The notes: a model not told the origin generated them from the letters alone. 64,000 nt of DNA from an uncultured Muribaculaceae bacterium (GCA_944321685.1 CALUMH010000007.1:24102-88101); one strand, 5' to 3'; positions 39,149 to 48,720 are shown, counted from the stretch's first letter. Made by a program: numbers and translations.

Positions 39149-40138
39149 ATGATAGAACGCATAATAATTGTAGATAATGTTGACCCTGTGGTGTTTTATG
39201 GTGTCAACAATGCAAATATCCAATTAATACGCAATCTTTTCCCGAAGTTGCGCATTGCTGCCCGTGGCAGCATCATAAAGGTGATAGGGGAAGATGCCGA
39301 AACTTCGCTTTTCGAGGAAAAAATCAAGAAACTTGAAGAATATTGCGTCAAATATAACAAGCTGCCGCAAGAGGTGATTATCGACATGGTGCGTGGCGAG
39401 GTGCCGCAAGAAGTGAAACTCGACGATGTGATAATCTACGGCGTGAACGGGAAACCCATCACCGGACGCACTCCCAACCAGCAGCGGCTTGTAAAAGTAT
39501 TCCAGGAAAACGACCTGACATTTGCGCTCGGGCCTGCTGGTACTGGCAAAACTTATGTTGCAATCGCCCTTGCCGTGAGAGCCTTGAAAAACCGGCAAGT
39601 AAAGAAAATCATACTTTCGCGCCCGGCTGTCGAGGCCGGTGAGAAGCTGGGGTTCCTGCCCGGCGACATGAAGGAAAAAATCGACCCGTACCTGCAACCG
39701 CTTTACGATGCGCTCGAAGACATGATCCCAGCTGTGAAATTGAAAGAATACATGGAGTCGAACGTCATACAGATTGCCCCGCTCGCATTCATGCGCGGCC
39801 GCACACTCAGCGATGCTGTAATCATCCTCGACGAGGCTCAAAACACCACCACGCATCAAATAAAGATGTTCATGACGCGACTCGGGCTTGGCTCGAAGAT
39901 GATAATCACCGGCGATGTCACACAAATCGACTTGCCGCGCACCGTCACTTCGGGGCTAATACAGGCAATGCACATATTGAAAGGCGTGCCGGGAATAGGC
40001 CGTGTGGAATTTGACCGCCGCGACATAGTGCGCCATAAATTGGTACAACTGATTGTCGATGCTTACCAAAGTTTCGATGAAGAACGTCGCGCCGCGGCAG
40101 CCCTTGCCAAGCAACAAGACGAAGAAAATGAAGAATGA
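39149..40138 (+). CDS. phoH: PhoH family ATPase
   Basis: Walker A FALGPAGTGKTYVAIALAV, LSRPAVEAGEKLGFLPGD and Walker B AVIILDEAQNTT. Confidence 0.93.
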   Translation: MIERIIIVDNVDPVVFYGVNNANIQLIRNLFPKLRIAARGSIIKVIGEDAETSLFEEKIKKLEEYCVKYNKLPQEVIIDMVRGEVPQEVKLDDVIIYGVNGKPITGRTPNQQRLVKVFQENDLTFALGPAGTGKTYVAIALAVRALKNRQVKKIILSRPAVEAGEKLGFLPGDMKEKIDPYLQPLYDALEDMIPAVKLKEYMESNVIQIAPLAFMRGRTLSDAVIILDEAQNTTTHQIKMFMTRLGLGSKMIITGDVTQIDLPRTVTSGLIQAMHILKGVPGIGRVEFDRRDIVRHKLVQLIVDAYQSFDEERRAAAALAKQQDEENEE

Positions 40139-40169
40139 ACAAAAATCTTATTTTTAAATACAATATATT

Positions 40170-41114
40170 ATGTCAAAAACTCTAACACACACCGATTTCC
40201 ACTTCCCGGGGCAGAAAAGCGTTTACCACGGGAAAGTGCGTGACGTATATGATATCAACGATGACCTGCTGGTGATGATTGCCACCGACCGCATCTCGGC
40301 ATTCGACGTGATTTTGCCCAAGGGCATTCCTTTCAAAGGACAGGTACTTAACCAGATTGCAGCCACCTTCCTCGATGCCACGGCCGACATTGTGCCAAAC
40401 TGGAAACTCGCCACTCCCGACCCGATGGTTACCGTGGGATTGAAGTGCGAAGGCTTCCGTGTGGAAATGATTATCCGCGGATACCTTACCGGAAGCGCAT
40501 GGCGCGAATATGCCGCAGGCTGCCGCGAACTGTGTGGCGTGAAATTGCCCGACGGTATGCGTGAAAACGAGCGTTTCCCCGAACCGATAATCACCCCGAC
40601 CACTAAGGCAGAGGCCGGCCACGATGAGAACATCTCGAAAGAGGAAATCATCGCACAAGGCATCGTAAGCCGCGAAGATTATGAACAGATGGAGCGTTAT
40701 ACCCGTGCACTGTTTGCACGTGGCACCGAAATGGCCGCCGAGAAAGGATTGATACTTGTCGATACCAAATATGAATTCGGCAAGCGCGACGGCAAGGTGA
40801 TACTTATCGATGAAATCCACACCCCCGACTCTTCGCGATACTTCTACAGCGACGGCTACCAAGAACGTTTCGAGAAAGGAGAACCGCAAAAACAGCTTTC
40901 AAAGGAATTTGTTCGCCAATGGCTTATCGACCACAATTTCATGGGCAAACCCGGACAAGTGGTACCTGAAATGACCGATGAATATTGCCAATCGGTTTCG
41001 GCACGTTACATTGAACTGTATGAGCATATCGTGGGCAAAAAATTTGTTCCTGCCGAAGATGGCGACATCATGGCCCGCATAGAGCGCAATGTGAACGAAT
41101 ACCTTAATAAGTAA
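40170..41114 (+). CDS. purC: Phosphoribosylaminoimidazole-succinocarboxamide synthase
   Basis: YHGKVRDVY...ATDRISAFD...[10 protein letters not shown]...[11 protein letters not shown] (long-form PurC). Confidence 0.96.
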   Translation: MSKTLTHTDFHFPGQKSVYHGKVRDVYDINDDLLVMIATDRISAFDVILPKGIPFKGQVLNQIAATFLDATADIVPNWKLATPDPMVTVGLKCEGFRVEMIIRGYLTGSAWREYAAGCRELCGVKLPDGMRENERFPEPIITPTTKAEAGHDENISKEEIIAQGIVSREDYEQMERYTRALFARGTEMAAEKGLILVDTKYEFGKRDGKVILIDEIHTPDSSRYFYSDGYQERFEKGEPQKQLSKEFVRQWLIDHNFMGKPGQVVPEMTDEYCQSVSARYIELYEHIVGKKFVPAEDGDIMARIERNVNEYLNK

Positions 41115-41134
41115 TCAAGAATAATGTGAAAGGT

Positions 41135-41202
41135 GGAATTATGAATGAGGAAACAGGAATTATCATGAACCGATAATATACCAATTCCTCATTCATAATT
41201 CC
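41135..41202. repeat. Perfect 18-bp inverted repeat with a 32-nt spacer between purC and ubiE
   Basis: ggaattatgaatgaggaa (41135-41152) and ttcctcattcataattcc (41185-41202). An extra half-copy attcataattcc follows (41206-41217). Confidence 0.8.
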
Positions 41203-41225
41203 ACATTCATAATTCCCTTTAAGAA

Positions 41226-41972
41226 GTGGATTACAAGGCAGAAAAAATAACCCCGTATGGCAGCGGGGAAAGCAAAACCGGACAAGTGAGGCAGATGTTT
41301 GACTCCATTGCTCCGGCCTATGATTTCATGAACCGCGCCATGACCATGGGAATAGACAAATGGTGGCGGCGGCAAGCAGTGAAAATCGTTGGCCGATACA
41401 ACCCTGCAAGCATTCTCGATGTGGCTACAGGTACCGGCGATTTCGCCCTTCAATTATGGCATACGCTGCAACCATCTGGCGGCATTACCGGCATCGATCT
41501 TTCACGCCAAATGCTTGATGTCGCCGTTGAAAAGGTTGGCAAAGCCGGAGTGGCAAGCCATTTCTCATTTGCCGAAGGGGATTGCATGGCCTTGGACTTT
41601 GCCGATGAAACATTCGATGCCGTAACAGTGGCTTTCGGTGTGCGCAATTTCGAGCATCTCGATCGCGGATATGCCGAGATGTACAGAGTGCTACGTCAGG
41701 GTGGAGTGTTGTGCGTGCTTGAACTTTCCACTCCTGTCAATCCTGTGATAAAATGCCTCTACGACATCTACACCCGCACGCTCATTCCTTTTGCAGGCCG
41801 CATGATTTCACACGACAGCCGTGCATACAGCTACCTGCCCGAAAGCATTGCCGCAGTGCCGCAGGGCGATGAGATGTGCGGAATAATGCGCCGTGTGGGA
41901 TTTGTAAATTGCAATTTCCGCCGCATGACTTTCGGCACATGCACCATTTATGTGGGAGAGAAACGTGTGTAA
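41226..41972 (+). CDS. ubiE: Demethylmenaquinone / ubiquinone-menaquinone biosynthesis C-methyltransferase
   Basis: [29 protein letters not shown] and the SAM motif [16 protein letters not shown] start. Confidence 0.9.
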   Translation: MDYKAEKITPYGSGESKTGQVRQMFDSIAPAYDFMNRAMTMGIDKWWRRQAVKIVGRYNPASILDVATGTGDFALQLWHTLQPSGGITGIDLSRQMLDVAVEKVGKAGVASHFSFAEGDCMALDFADETFDAVTVAFGVRNFEHLDRGYAEMYRVLRQGGVLCVLELSTPVNPVIKCLYDIYTRTLIPFAGRMISHDSRAYSYLPESIAAVPQGDEMCGIMRRVGFVNCNFRRMTFGTCTIYVGEKRV

Positions 41973-41985
41973 GAGCACGAATATT

Positions 41986-42016
41986 TTTGCAATGCGCACG
42001 ACTTTCACTATATTTG
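41986..42016 (+). promoter_or_regulatory. Canonical Bacteroidota promoter for pfkA (-33 TTTG, 19-nt spacer, -7 TATATTTG)
   Basis: TTTGcaatgcgcacgactttcacTATATTTG, 33 nt upstream of ATG 42050. Confidence 0.65.
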
Positions 42017-42049
42017 CAATCAGAAAATCAATTAACAAAAAATATCATT

Positions 42050-43030
42050 ATGGCAGAGATTAAATGTATTGGCATTCTCACTTCGGGCGGTGATGCCCCC
42101 GGTATGAATGCTGCAATTCGTGCAGTGACGCGCGCCGGTATTTTCAGTGGCTTCAGCGTGAAAGGTATTTATCGCGGCTACCGCGGACTCATAACCGATG
42201 AAATTGTCGATTTCAAGACGCAAAATGTTTCCAACATCATCCAAATGGGCGGTACGATATTAAAGACTGCCCGATGCAAGGAATTTGCCACACCCGAAGG
42301 CCGCCAGCTCGCCTATGACGTATTGAAACGTGAAGGCATCGATGCTCTTGTGGTTATCGGTGGTGACGGTTCACTTACCGGTGCAAGGATTTTCGCAAAC
42401 GAATTCAATTTCCCCATTGTGGGATTGCCGGGTACCATCGACAACGACTTGTATGGCACCGACAAGACCATAGGCTACGACACAGCCTTGAATACCATCA
42501 TGGAATGCGTCGATAAAATTCGCGACACTGCCACTTCCCACGAACGCCTGTTCTTCATCGAAGTAATGGGGCGTGATGCCGGATTCCTCGCCCTGAACGG
42601 TGCTATAGCTTCGGGTGCCGAGGCTGCCATTATCCCGGAAATTTCAACCGAGGTTGACCAACTTGCCGAGCTCATCAAAAACGGTTTCCGCAAGAGCAAA
42701 AACTCATCGATAGTGCTTGTTGCCGAAAGCCCGATTACCGGCGGAGCAATGGGCCTTGCCGAACGTGTAAAGAACGAATTCCCTCAATACGACGTGCGTG
42801 TGACCATTTTAGGCCACTTGCAACGCGGTGGTTCACCCACGGCAACCGACCGCATCCTGGCCTCGCGCATGGGTGCAGCAGCCATCGATGCCTTGCTCGA
42901 AGACCAACGCAACGTTATGATTGGTATCGCCAACGATGAGATCGTTTACGTTCCGTTCTCGAAAGCAATCAAGAACGACAAGCCTATCAACCGCGAATTG
43001 CTCAATACACTGCGCCGCTTGTCGATATAA
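42050..43030 (+). CDS. pfkA: ATP-dependent 6-phosphofructokinase
   Basis: [26 protein letters not shown]...VIGGDGS...GLPGTIDND...MGR. The start is set at ATG 42050, downstream of the promoter. Confidence 0.96.
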   Translation: MAEIKCIGILTSGGDAPGMNAAIRAVTRAGIFSGFSVKGIYRGYRGLITDEIVDFKTQNVSNIIQMGGTILKTARCKEFATPEGRQLAYDVLKREGIDALVVIGGDGSLTGARIFANEFNFPIVGLPGTIDNDLYGTDKTIGYDTALNTIMECVDKIRDTATSHERLFFIEVMGRDAGFLALNGAIASGAEAAIIPEISTEVDQLAELIKNGFRKSKNSSIVLVAESPITGGAMGLAERVKNEFPQYDVRVTILGHLQRGGSPTATDRILASRMGAAAIDALLEDQRNVMIGIANDEIVYVPFSKAIKNDKPINRELLNTLRRLSI

Positions 43031-43081
43031 AACACATAATGCCGCATCTATCGGCAATTATATAACACAAAAAGCTAAAAA

Positions 43082-43120
43082 TACACCCCACCAGGCAAAG
43101 ACCTTGGGGTGTATTTTTTT
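43082..43120 (+). terminator. Rho-independent terminator after pfkA
   Basis: tacacccca (43082-43090) pairs with tggggtgta (43105-43113), followed by ttttttt (43114-43120). Confidence 0.8.
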
Positions 43121-43147
43121 GATTAACCGCTCACACTCAACTCAAGG

Positions 43148-43383
43148 GGGCGGCAAAGCCGTCCAATCTGCGGTAACCGATGTGTGAGGCGAAGCCGAAC
43201 CATCGGAGAGCATGAAACCATCATATCAGGAACGACCTCAAAGAGGTCGAATGCATTACGGTTCAATGTGTTCGACCTCTTTGAGGCCGAGTTTGTTGAT
43301 GCTTGGTCTTACCGACGGCTTGCAACCCGCCCTCGGCGGTCGTTGCACCGCCGGTTACCCCAAATTGGACGGCTTTGCCGCCC
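43148..43383. repeat. GC-rich element bounded by a 32-bp inverted repeat; function unknown
   Basis: Left arm gggcggcaaagccgtccaatctgcggtaaccg (43148-43179). The reverse complement of the right arm (43352-43383) is gggcggcaaagccgtccaatttggggtaaccg, 30/32 identical. Internal hairpins cgacctcaaagaggtcg (43233-43249), cgacctctttgaggccg (43273-43289) and ccgatg...catcgg. Confidence 0.75.
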
Positions 43384-43510
43384 AGCTCACCAACCGGGAA
43401 TATCCGCATCAAGGCTCTCCGCACACACTTCAGAGGCGTGGGCGACATAGGCTTCTTCATGTTCAGGCTTGCCAAGCTATATTCCTGAAATCCCCGCTCC
43501 ACCAATCGGG

Positions 43511-43542
43511 AAAATCCGCTGATCCCAAAATCCGCTGACCCC
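43511..43542. repeat. Tandem 16-mer direct repeat
   Basis: aaaatccgctgatccc is followed immediately by aaaatccgctgacccc (15/16 identical). Confidence 0.8.
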
Positions 43543-43560
43543 CATTTTACCGGACAACAA

Positions 43561-43602
43561 CATAAAACAAGAAAGGCTAAACTACCTTTGAGTAATTTAG
43601 CC
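43561..43602 (-). terminator. Terminator hairpin downstream of tRNA-Ser(GCU)
   Basis: ggctaaa (43575-43581) pairs with tttagcc (43596-43602). The minus-strand trailing sequence tttcttgtttta is T-rich. Confidence 0.55.
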
Positions 43603-43611
43603 CTTGCATTG

Positions 43612-43698
43612 CGGAGAGAACGAGATTCGAACTCGTGGTAGGATTACTCCTACGGCAGTTTAGCAAACTGCTGGTTTCAGCCACTCACCCATCTCTCC
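43612..43698 (-). tRNA. tRNA-Ser (anticodon GCU)
   Basis: Minus-strand sequence GGAGAGATGGGTGAGTGGCTGAAACCAGCAGTTTGCTAAACTGCCGTAGGAGTAATCCTACCACGAGTTCGAATCTCGTTCTCTCCG. Anticodon loop UU-GCU-AA, long variable arm. Confidence 0.9.
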
Positions 43699-43720
43699 AG
43701 TGTATGCGCTGATTTCATCT

Positions 43721-43737
43721 TTGCGAGTGCAAAGTTA
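43721..43737 (-). promoter_or_regulatory. tRNA-Ser promoter, -7 box TAACTTTG
   Basis: ttgcgagtgcaaagtta is identical to 7816-7832. The -7 box is at 43730-43737. Confidence 0.55.
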
Positions 43738-43878
43738 GGCATTTTTATTTAATCTGCAAACTTGGAAGTAAAATATTTTTCTTATTTTTGTAAAAAATGG
43801 AATGCAACAATCAACAAGCCTCGAAAAATCGGGGAATTGCAATCAGGCTTGACCGCCACAATGTAATATAAAAATTTT

Positions 43879-44907
43879 ATGACAAATTCAAAAACGGGAT
43901 ACAGGACCATAGCTATTTGGGCAGCGATATTGGCTGTAGCGGCAATAGCCGTTGCATGGGCAATACCATACATCTACGGCAACGCAGGTGTGAGGTCGAT
44001 GGTGTATATCCGCCCGGGAATGGACATCGTGGCGCTGGGCGACACTTTGCAAATTTATCACAGCGACGGTTTTGCTCGACGCACGGCCCGGGTACTGGCA
44101 TGGCTCGACGTAGATTTGTCGGCTCGCTACGGGGCTTATGAGATAAATCCCAATGACAATCCGATTGCCGTGGCAAAGAAAATACGCAACCATGAACAAA
44201 CTCCTGTAAAATTCACTTTCAACAACCTGAGGCTCAAAGAACAATTTTCACAACGTGCATCGCAGCAACTTATGATGCATGAAAACGATATCGAGACTTT
44301 GCTCAACGACAGTGCAACGTGTGCCGCATATGGCAAGACCCCTGCCACAATCACCAATATTCTGCTGCCCGACACTTATGAAATGTATTGGAATATTTCG
44401 CCCGGTAAGTTACTCGAAAGGCTGCACAGCTACTACGAACAGTTTTGGAACTCCGACCGCCAAGCGAAAGCGAAAGCACTGGGGCTGACTCCCGACGAAG
44501 TACAAACATTAGCCTCGATAGTGGAAGAAGAGAGCGCCAAAACCGATGAATACGGCAAAATTGCAAGGCTGTACCTCAACCGCATTGAACGTGGCATACC
44601 TCTCCAGGCCGATCCTACCATAAAATTTGCCATCGGAGACTTCTCGATACGCCGCATCACTCGTGCAATGCTTGCCGTACCATCTCCTTACAACACCTAC
44701 GCCAACACCGGCCTGCCTCCGGGCCCCATACGCATTGCGTCAAAACGGGCTATCGATGCCGTGTTAAATGCCCCACAGCATAACTACCTGTATATGTGTG
44801 CAAAAGAGGATTTCTCGGGCTACCATAATTTCACTGCATCTTATTCGCAACACCTTGCAAATGCCCGCCGTTACCAAGCAGAACTTAACCGCCGGAACAT
44901 AAAATAA
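43879..44907 (+). CDS. mltG: Endolytic murein transglycosylase MltG (YceG family)
   Basis: N-terminal TM segment, then ASIVEEESAKTDEYGKIARLYLNRIERGIPLQADPT...SPYNTYANTGLPPGPI, the YceG signature. Confidence 0.9.
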   Translation: MTNSKTGYRTIAIWAAILAVAAIAVAWAIPYIYGNAGVRSMVYIRPGMDIVALGDTLQIYHSDGFARRTARVLAWLDVDLSARYGAYEINPNDNPIAVAKKIRNHEQTPVKFTFNNLRLKEQFSQRASQQLMMHENDIETLLNDSATCAAYGKTPATITNILLPDTYEMYWNISPGKLLERLHSYYEQFWNSDRQAKAKALGLTPDEVQTLASIVEEESAKTDEYGKIARLYLNRIERGIPLQADPTIKFAIGDFSIRRITRAMLAVPSPYNTYANTGLPPGPIRIASKRAIDAVLNAPQHNYLYMCAKEDFSGYHNFTASYSQHLANARRYQAELNRRNIK

Positions 44908-44913
44908 AAAAGA

Positions 44914-45174
44914 ATGGAAAAAGAGAAAGAAGACAAATTGGTCGTATTCGGGGAATATGCCAACGAAGCCGAAGCAAGCATCGTAAAAGGTGTGCTTGAA
45001 ACCAACGGTGTACCATGCATCATCACCAACGGGTTACTGTCGTCACTGTTACCAATGGCACCACTGCGGGCAGGGCTTGTAAGGCTCATGGTTTTCGATT
45101 TCGACCTTGAGCAAGCCCGGAAAATCATGGCATCGGCTCCCGACATTGCCGACAACGAGGAGCAACAATCATAG
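44914..45174 (+). CDS. DUF2007 domain-containing protein (putative signal-transducing protein)
   Basis: 86 aa. VVFGEYANEAEASIVKGVLETNGVPCII...RLMVFDFDLEQARKIM resembles the DUF2007 fold pattern. Confidence 0.7.
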   Translation: MEKEKEDKLVVFGEYANEAEASIVKGVLETNGVPCIITNGLLSSLLPMAPLRAGLVRLMVFDFDLEQARKIMASAPDIADNEEQQS

Positions 45175-46833
45175 CATGACAAGTATAACCACCTGCGCTA
45201 TGATGACCCGTGCGAATGTACACACGGGATAAACCGTGGCGTAGGCTACCGACGGGTGGTCGCCGGGCAACGTGTCGTTGCTGTAATTCAATGCCATGGG
45301 ATTGGCCATTGCGCCACACAACATTCCCGATACCGTGCCGAAGTCGATGCGCATCAGCTTCAAAGCCAACAGGCCAACAAGCAGCACCGGCAAAACCGTC
45401 AGCAGGAAACCTGCCAAGATCCACAAGGCACCCTCGGGACGCATGACAACTTCAAAGAAGTGCACACCGGCATCAAGTCCCAGGCAGGCAAGGTAAAGAG
45501 CAAGGCCAAGGGCTCGTAGCATCAGGTTGGCACTTTGCGTGGTATAAGTAATCATGTGCATTCGCGGGCCGAATGTACCTATGAGTATGCCCACAATCAC
45601 CGGGCCGCCCGCAAGCCCCAGCCGCACCGGCGTATCCATACCCGGAATGAAAAACGGTATCGACCCTATCACAAGTCCTATCATCATGCCTATGAACACC
45701 GAAATCAAATTAGGCTCATTAAGGCTCTTCACTGCATTACCAAGCACCCTTTCCACATTCTTCACCGATGCGGCCTCGCCCACCACAGTCACGCGGTCGC
45801 CGAGTTGCAACCGCAACCCCGGTGAAGCCAGCAATTGTACGCCCGAACGATAAATGCGGCTTATGTTCACACCATAATTGGTGCGCAACTTCAATGCGCC
45901 AAGTTTTTTCCCGTTCAATTCGGGGCGTGTGATGAGTATCCGTTGCGATATGAGTTGGCTGTCGATGGCATTCCAGTCTATGTCATCCTTATTCCAGTCG
46001 GTACTTTCCTGTTCTCCGAAAAGGAATGTGAGAGCCTTGTTGTCCTCTTCCGAAGATATCACAAGCAACCTGTCTCCCTCTTCCAGTACACTGTTGCCGG
46101 TGGGTATCGATACCTTGCCATTGCGCCATATGCGCGATATGACAAACGGGTGATTGATAAATCGAGATATTTCCCTCAAGTTTTTCCCGAACACTGCCGG
46201 ATTATGCACCTGATACGACGATATGTAGGTTGCACTGTGATCTTCTCCATCCTCGGTTATCTCGGACGGTTTCACAAAGAAACGGCGCATAAAAAACAAC
46301 GCAAGTATCACGCCCACCACGCCAAGCGGGTAAGTAACGGCACAACCGAGTGCGGGCCCCGAATTGGGCAACCCGAGCTGCTTCAAGGCATCTTGGGCTG
46401 CGGCAAGTGCCGGGGTATTGGTCACGGCACCGCACAACACTCCCACCATGTCGCCTATGGGAATTTGCATGACGAAACTCAACGCTACGGCAAAAAGCGT
46501 ACCCACAATCACCACGCCCATGGCAAGTGCATTTAGCGTAAGCCCGTCTTTGCGGAATGCACTGAAGAAGCCCGGTCCCACCTGCAATCCCAAAGCATAC
46601 ACAAACAAGACAAGGCCGAAATTCTCGGCATAAGAAAGCATTCGAGGATCAATAGAAAAACCCAAGTGCCCGGCAAGAATACCCACGAAAAACACGAATG
46701 TCACGCCAAGCGAGATGCCAAGCACCTTGATTTTACCCAAGGCAAGCCCCAAGGCACATATCACCGACAGCACCACCATTGCTTGCAGTGCCGAATGCTC
46801 GAAAAATGCGTTATACAGCCATTCCATATCCAT
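45169..46833 (-). CDS. Putative transporter of the YidE/YbjL (aspartate:alanine exchanger, AAE) family with two TrkA-C domains
   Basis: Duplicated membrane halves (GISLGVTFVFFVGILAGH, GLDAG) flank two cytoplasmic RCK-C-like segments (EGDRLLVIS and LGDRVTVVG). The start is at ATG 46833, downstream of the TACCTTTG box at 46855-46862. Confidence 0.85.
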   Translation of the reverse strand: MDMEWLYNAFFEHSALQAMVVLSVICALGLALGKIKVLGISLGVTFVFFVGILAGHLGFSIDPRMLSYAENFGLVLFVYALGLQVGPGFFSAFRKDGLTLNALAMGVVIVGTLFAVALSFVMQIPIGDMVGVLCGAVTNTPALAAAQDALKQLGLPNSGPALGCAVTYPLGVVGVILALFFMRRFFVKPSEITEDGEDHSATYISSYQVHNPAVFGKNLREISRFINHPFVISRIWRNGKVSIPTGNSVLEEGDRLLVISSEEDNKALTFLFGEQESTDWNKDDIDWNAIDSQLISQRILITRPELNGKKLGALKLRTNYGVNISRIYRSGVQLLASPGLRLQLGDRVTVVGEAASVKNVERVLGNAVKSLNEPNLISVFIGMMIGLVIGSIPFFIPGMDTPVRLGLAGGPVIVGILIGTFGPRMHMITYTTQSANLMLRALGLALYLACLGLDAGVHFFEVVMRPEGALWILAGFLLTVLPVLLVGLLALKLMRIDFGTVSGMLCGAMANPMALNYSNDTLPGDHPSVAYATVYPVCTFARVIIAQVVILVML

Positions 46834-46854
46834 CAATAATGACGAAAAACGGTG

Positions 46855-46862
46855 CAAAGGTA
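46855..46862 (-). promoter_or_regulatory. -7 promoter box (TACCTTTG) for the AAE transporter gene
   Basis: Plus strand reads caaaggta, 22 nt upstream of ATG 46833. Confidence 0.5.
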
Positions 46863-46912
46863 AGAAACTGTTTTCACATGCGCACAAAAAAGTACCCACT
46901 CACTTGCCGTCA

Positions 46913-48709
46913 TCAAGGCAAACGATAGAACAATATCTCATCGATGCTGATTTTTTCGTTATAATTCACACTTCCACCTCTGCTCAAAGTTCCCACCAAA
47001 ATCATCGGTTGCGATTTTGGGTGATGGAATTTCATCACATATCCCAGTGTCTCATCACCCGTGTTCCTGAACGAGCAGGAATCTTCGGTCTCAAACCGGT
47101 CGGCGAGACTATCGTCCCTTACTCCAAACGCCTTGATACCCTTCAACTTGTATTTATGGAAAACCGTGGTTTTCAATTCCTGTTCCCCTTTCTTCACGTG
47201 TGGGTAAAAATCACTTTCACATGTTTTATAGCCGTCGTAAGTGGCATCGAAGAACACAAACACGCTATCCTCATCGGCACGGCTGTCGATGGTAAATTTA
47301 TAGGTATGAAATTCCGAAGTCGAGTCGGTCAAATGCAACGGCTCCACGATTTTTATGGCTTGCGAAACCTGCACGGCTGCTTGCGGCTGACCATAAATCT
47401 CCATCAATTCCCCGGTAATGGCAGTATCAAGCACACCTTGCCCTACAGTGGCTACGGAGCCGGCCGCAGGTTGCGAGCCGGCCGTGACATATTCGCCTGC
47501 CCCCAGTCCGGCTATGGCAGCCACCACAATCACCGCAGGCTTAAGGAGCGTCCATGCCATACTTTCTACTTTTCCCATTCCGTTGACTCTAAGGTCGATA
47601 TATGAGGGAATATTAGTAATTTTGCCGCAAAACGCTGTTAACGGAAGATAGAAAATCAGCAAATATACATTAATGGCAATACCCGACCAAAAAGCAAGCA
47701 CCGCCACTATGGCCACTTTAAATCCATAATACTTGCTGTCGCCGCCATTCAAATAAATTATCATCGAGAATAAAACCGTGTTTATCACCGACAACAGGTA
47801 TGACTTATCGGAAAGCGCAGATTGAAACAATTCATTGACGACACTTGCCGAAATACCGGCATCGGCCACCAGTGCATCGAGAAACTCCACACCGCTCAGC
47901 GAGAAACATGAGGCAAGCGACAACCCGCCAAGCAGCAACGGTATATCATACACCAACGCCAATATTCCCGGCAGCAAGCCTCTAATCACGTTTCGTCTCT
48001 CTTTGTTGTTGCTTCTGCGATATAGTTGCACCATGGCATGACGCACCGCAAACATTATAACAGCGAACAACAACACATATAATGCAACCGACAAGTAGAA
48101 ATTTCCGGTAACATTTAATGCCAGGATAAAAGGGTACTGAATGGGGCGCAAGATATATCGATAAAAGAAACCATCGCTCGGGCTGACTATTGCCGCCACT
48201 TCTCCAAGCACTTCACCTTTTATCTGTGAATACAAGAAAGCCATATTATTAGCTGATGCCACACCCATATCAACCATCCCAAGCACCTTCTGCGCCGGGG
48301 CTATACCATCGGCTATCTGCAACCGGTAATATTGCCGCGAGGCATACGGCAAAGTGAGATATTCCACTTCATCGTAATACGAACCCATTTTTATCATAGC
48401 CACATTGGGCCGCGCAGAAGCCAGTACAAGCACGCCATAAGCCGAAAAATTCTCATCGGCGGCCGACCTTGCCGTAAATACACTGTCGGCGACACCCGAC
48501 AAATCATATAATGCCACCGAATCGACCGTAACTATAGCCAATGGCATATTGTTGGGAAAAGCATAACAAAGCGAATCTTCGATAGTCGAATCGAGCAATC
48601 CGGCATTATCTTCGATATACACATGCTCTTTCGCTCCATCTTGCGAACAAGATGCCATACCAAGCATCAACAATAAAATTACAACTATAATACCACTGAA
48701 CCTATACAT
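46913..48709 (-). CDS. Large hypothetical membrane protein (lipoprotein-like N-terminus, TPM-like N-domain, multi-TM core, roughly 190-aa C-terminal domain)
   Basis: 598 aa. MYRFSGIIVVILLLMLGMASC lipobox. IEDNAGLLDSTIED... resembles the start of a TPM/YgcG domain. At least 6 hydrophobic segments. The C-terminal soluble region has no motif I recognise. Confidence 0.6.
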   Translation of the reverse strand: MYRFSGIIVVILLLMLGMASCSQDGAKEHVYIEDNAGLLDSTIEDSLCYAFPNNMPLAIVTVDSVALYDLSGVADSVFTARSAADENFSAYGVLVLASARPNVAMIKMGSYYDEVEYLTLPYASRQYYRLQIADGIAPAQKVLGMVDMGVASANNMAFLYSQIKGEVLGEVAAIVSPSDGFFYRYILRPIQYPFILALNVTGNFYLSVALYVLLFAVIMFAVRHAMVQLYRRSNNKERRNVIRGLLPGILALVYDIPLLLGGLSLASCFSLSGVEFLDALVADAGISASVVNELFQSALSDKSYLLSVINTVLFSMIIYLNGGDSKYYGFKVAIVAVLAFWSGIAINVYLLIFYLPLTAFCGKITNIPSYIDLRVNGMGKVESMAWTLLKPAVIVVAAIAGLGAGEYVTAGSQPAAGSVATVGQGVLDTAITGELMEIYGQPQAAVQVSQAIKIVEPLHLTDSTSEFHTYKFTIDSRADEDSVFVFFDATYDGYKTCESDFYPHVKKGEQELKTTVFHKYKLKGIKAFGVRDDSLADRFETEDSCSFRNTGDETLGYVMKFHHPKSQPMILVGTLSRGGSVNYNEKISIDEILFYRLP

Positions 48710-48720
48710 AAAGCTTTAAT

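Noticed and set aside
43148-43383. A classical Bacteroides promoter inverton (invertible promoter).
   Set aside because: It is not fully excluded, but I find no TAnnTTTG box on either strand inside the segment, the interior is GC-rich rather than promoter-like, and no site-specific recombinase gene is nearby. It is kept only as a minor alternative in the finding.
43121-43560. RNase P RNA, tmRNA, SRP RNA or a cobalamin riboswitch as the identity of the GC-rich structured region.
   Set aside because: The region lacks the diagnostic cores. There is no GAGGAAAGTCCGG or ACAGAACCCGGCTTA (RNase P). There is no tRNA-like end or tag ORF ending ...ALAA (tmRNA). There is no GGAAGCAGCC-type domain IV (SRP), and no GCCACTG B12 box. 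The identity stays open (see findings).
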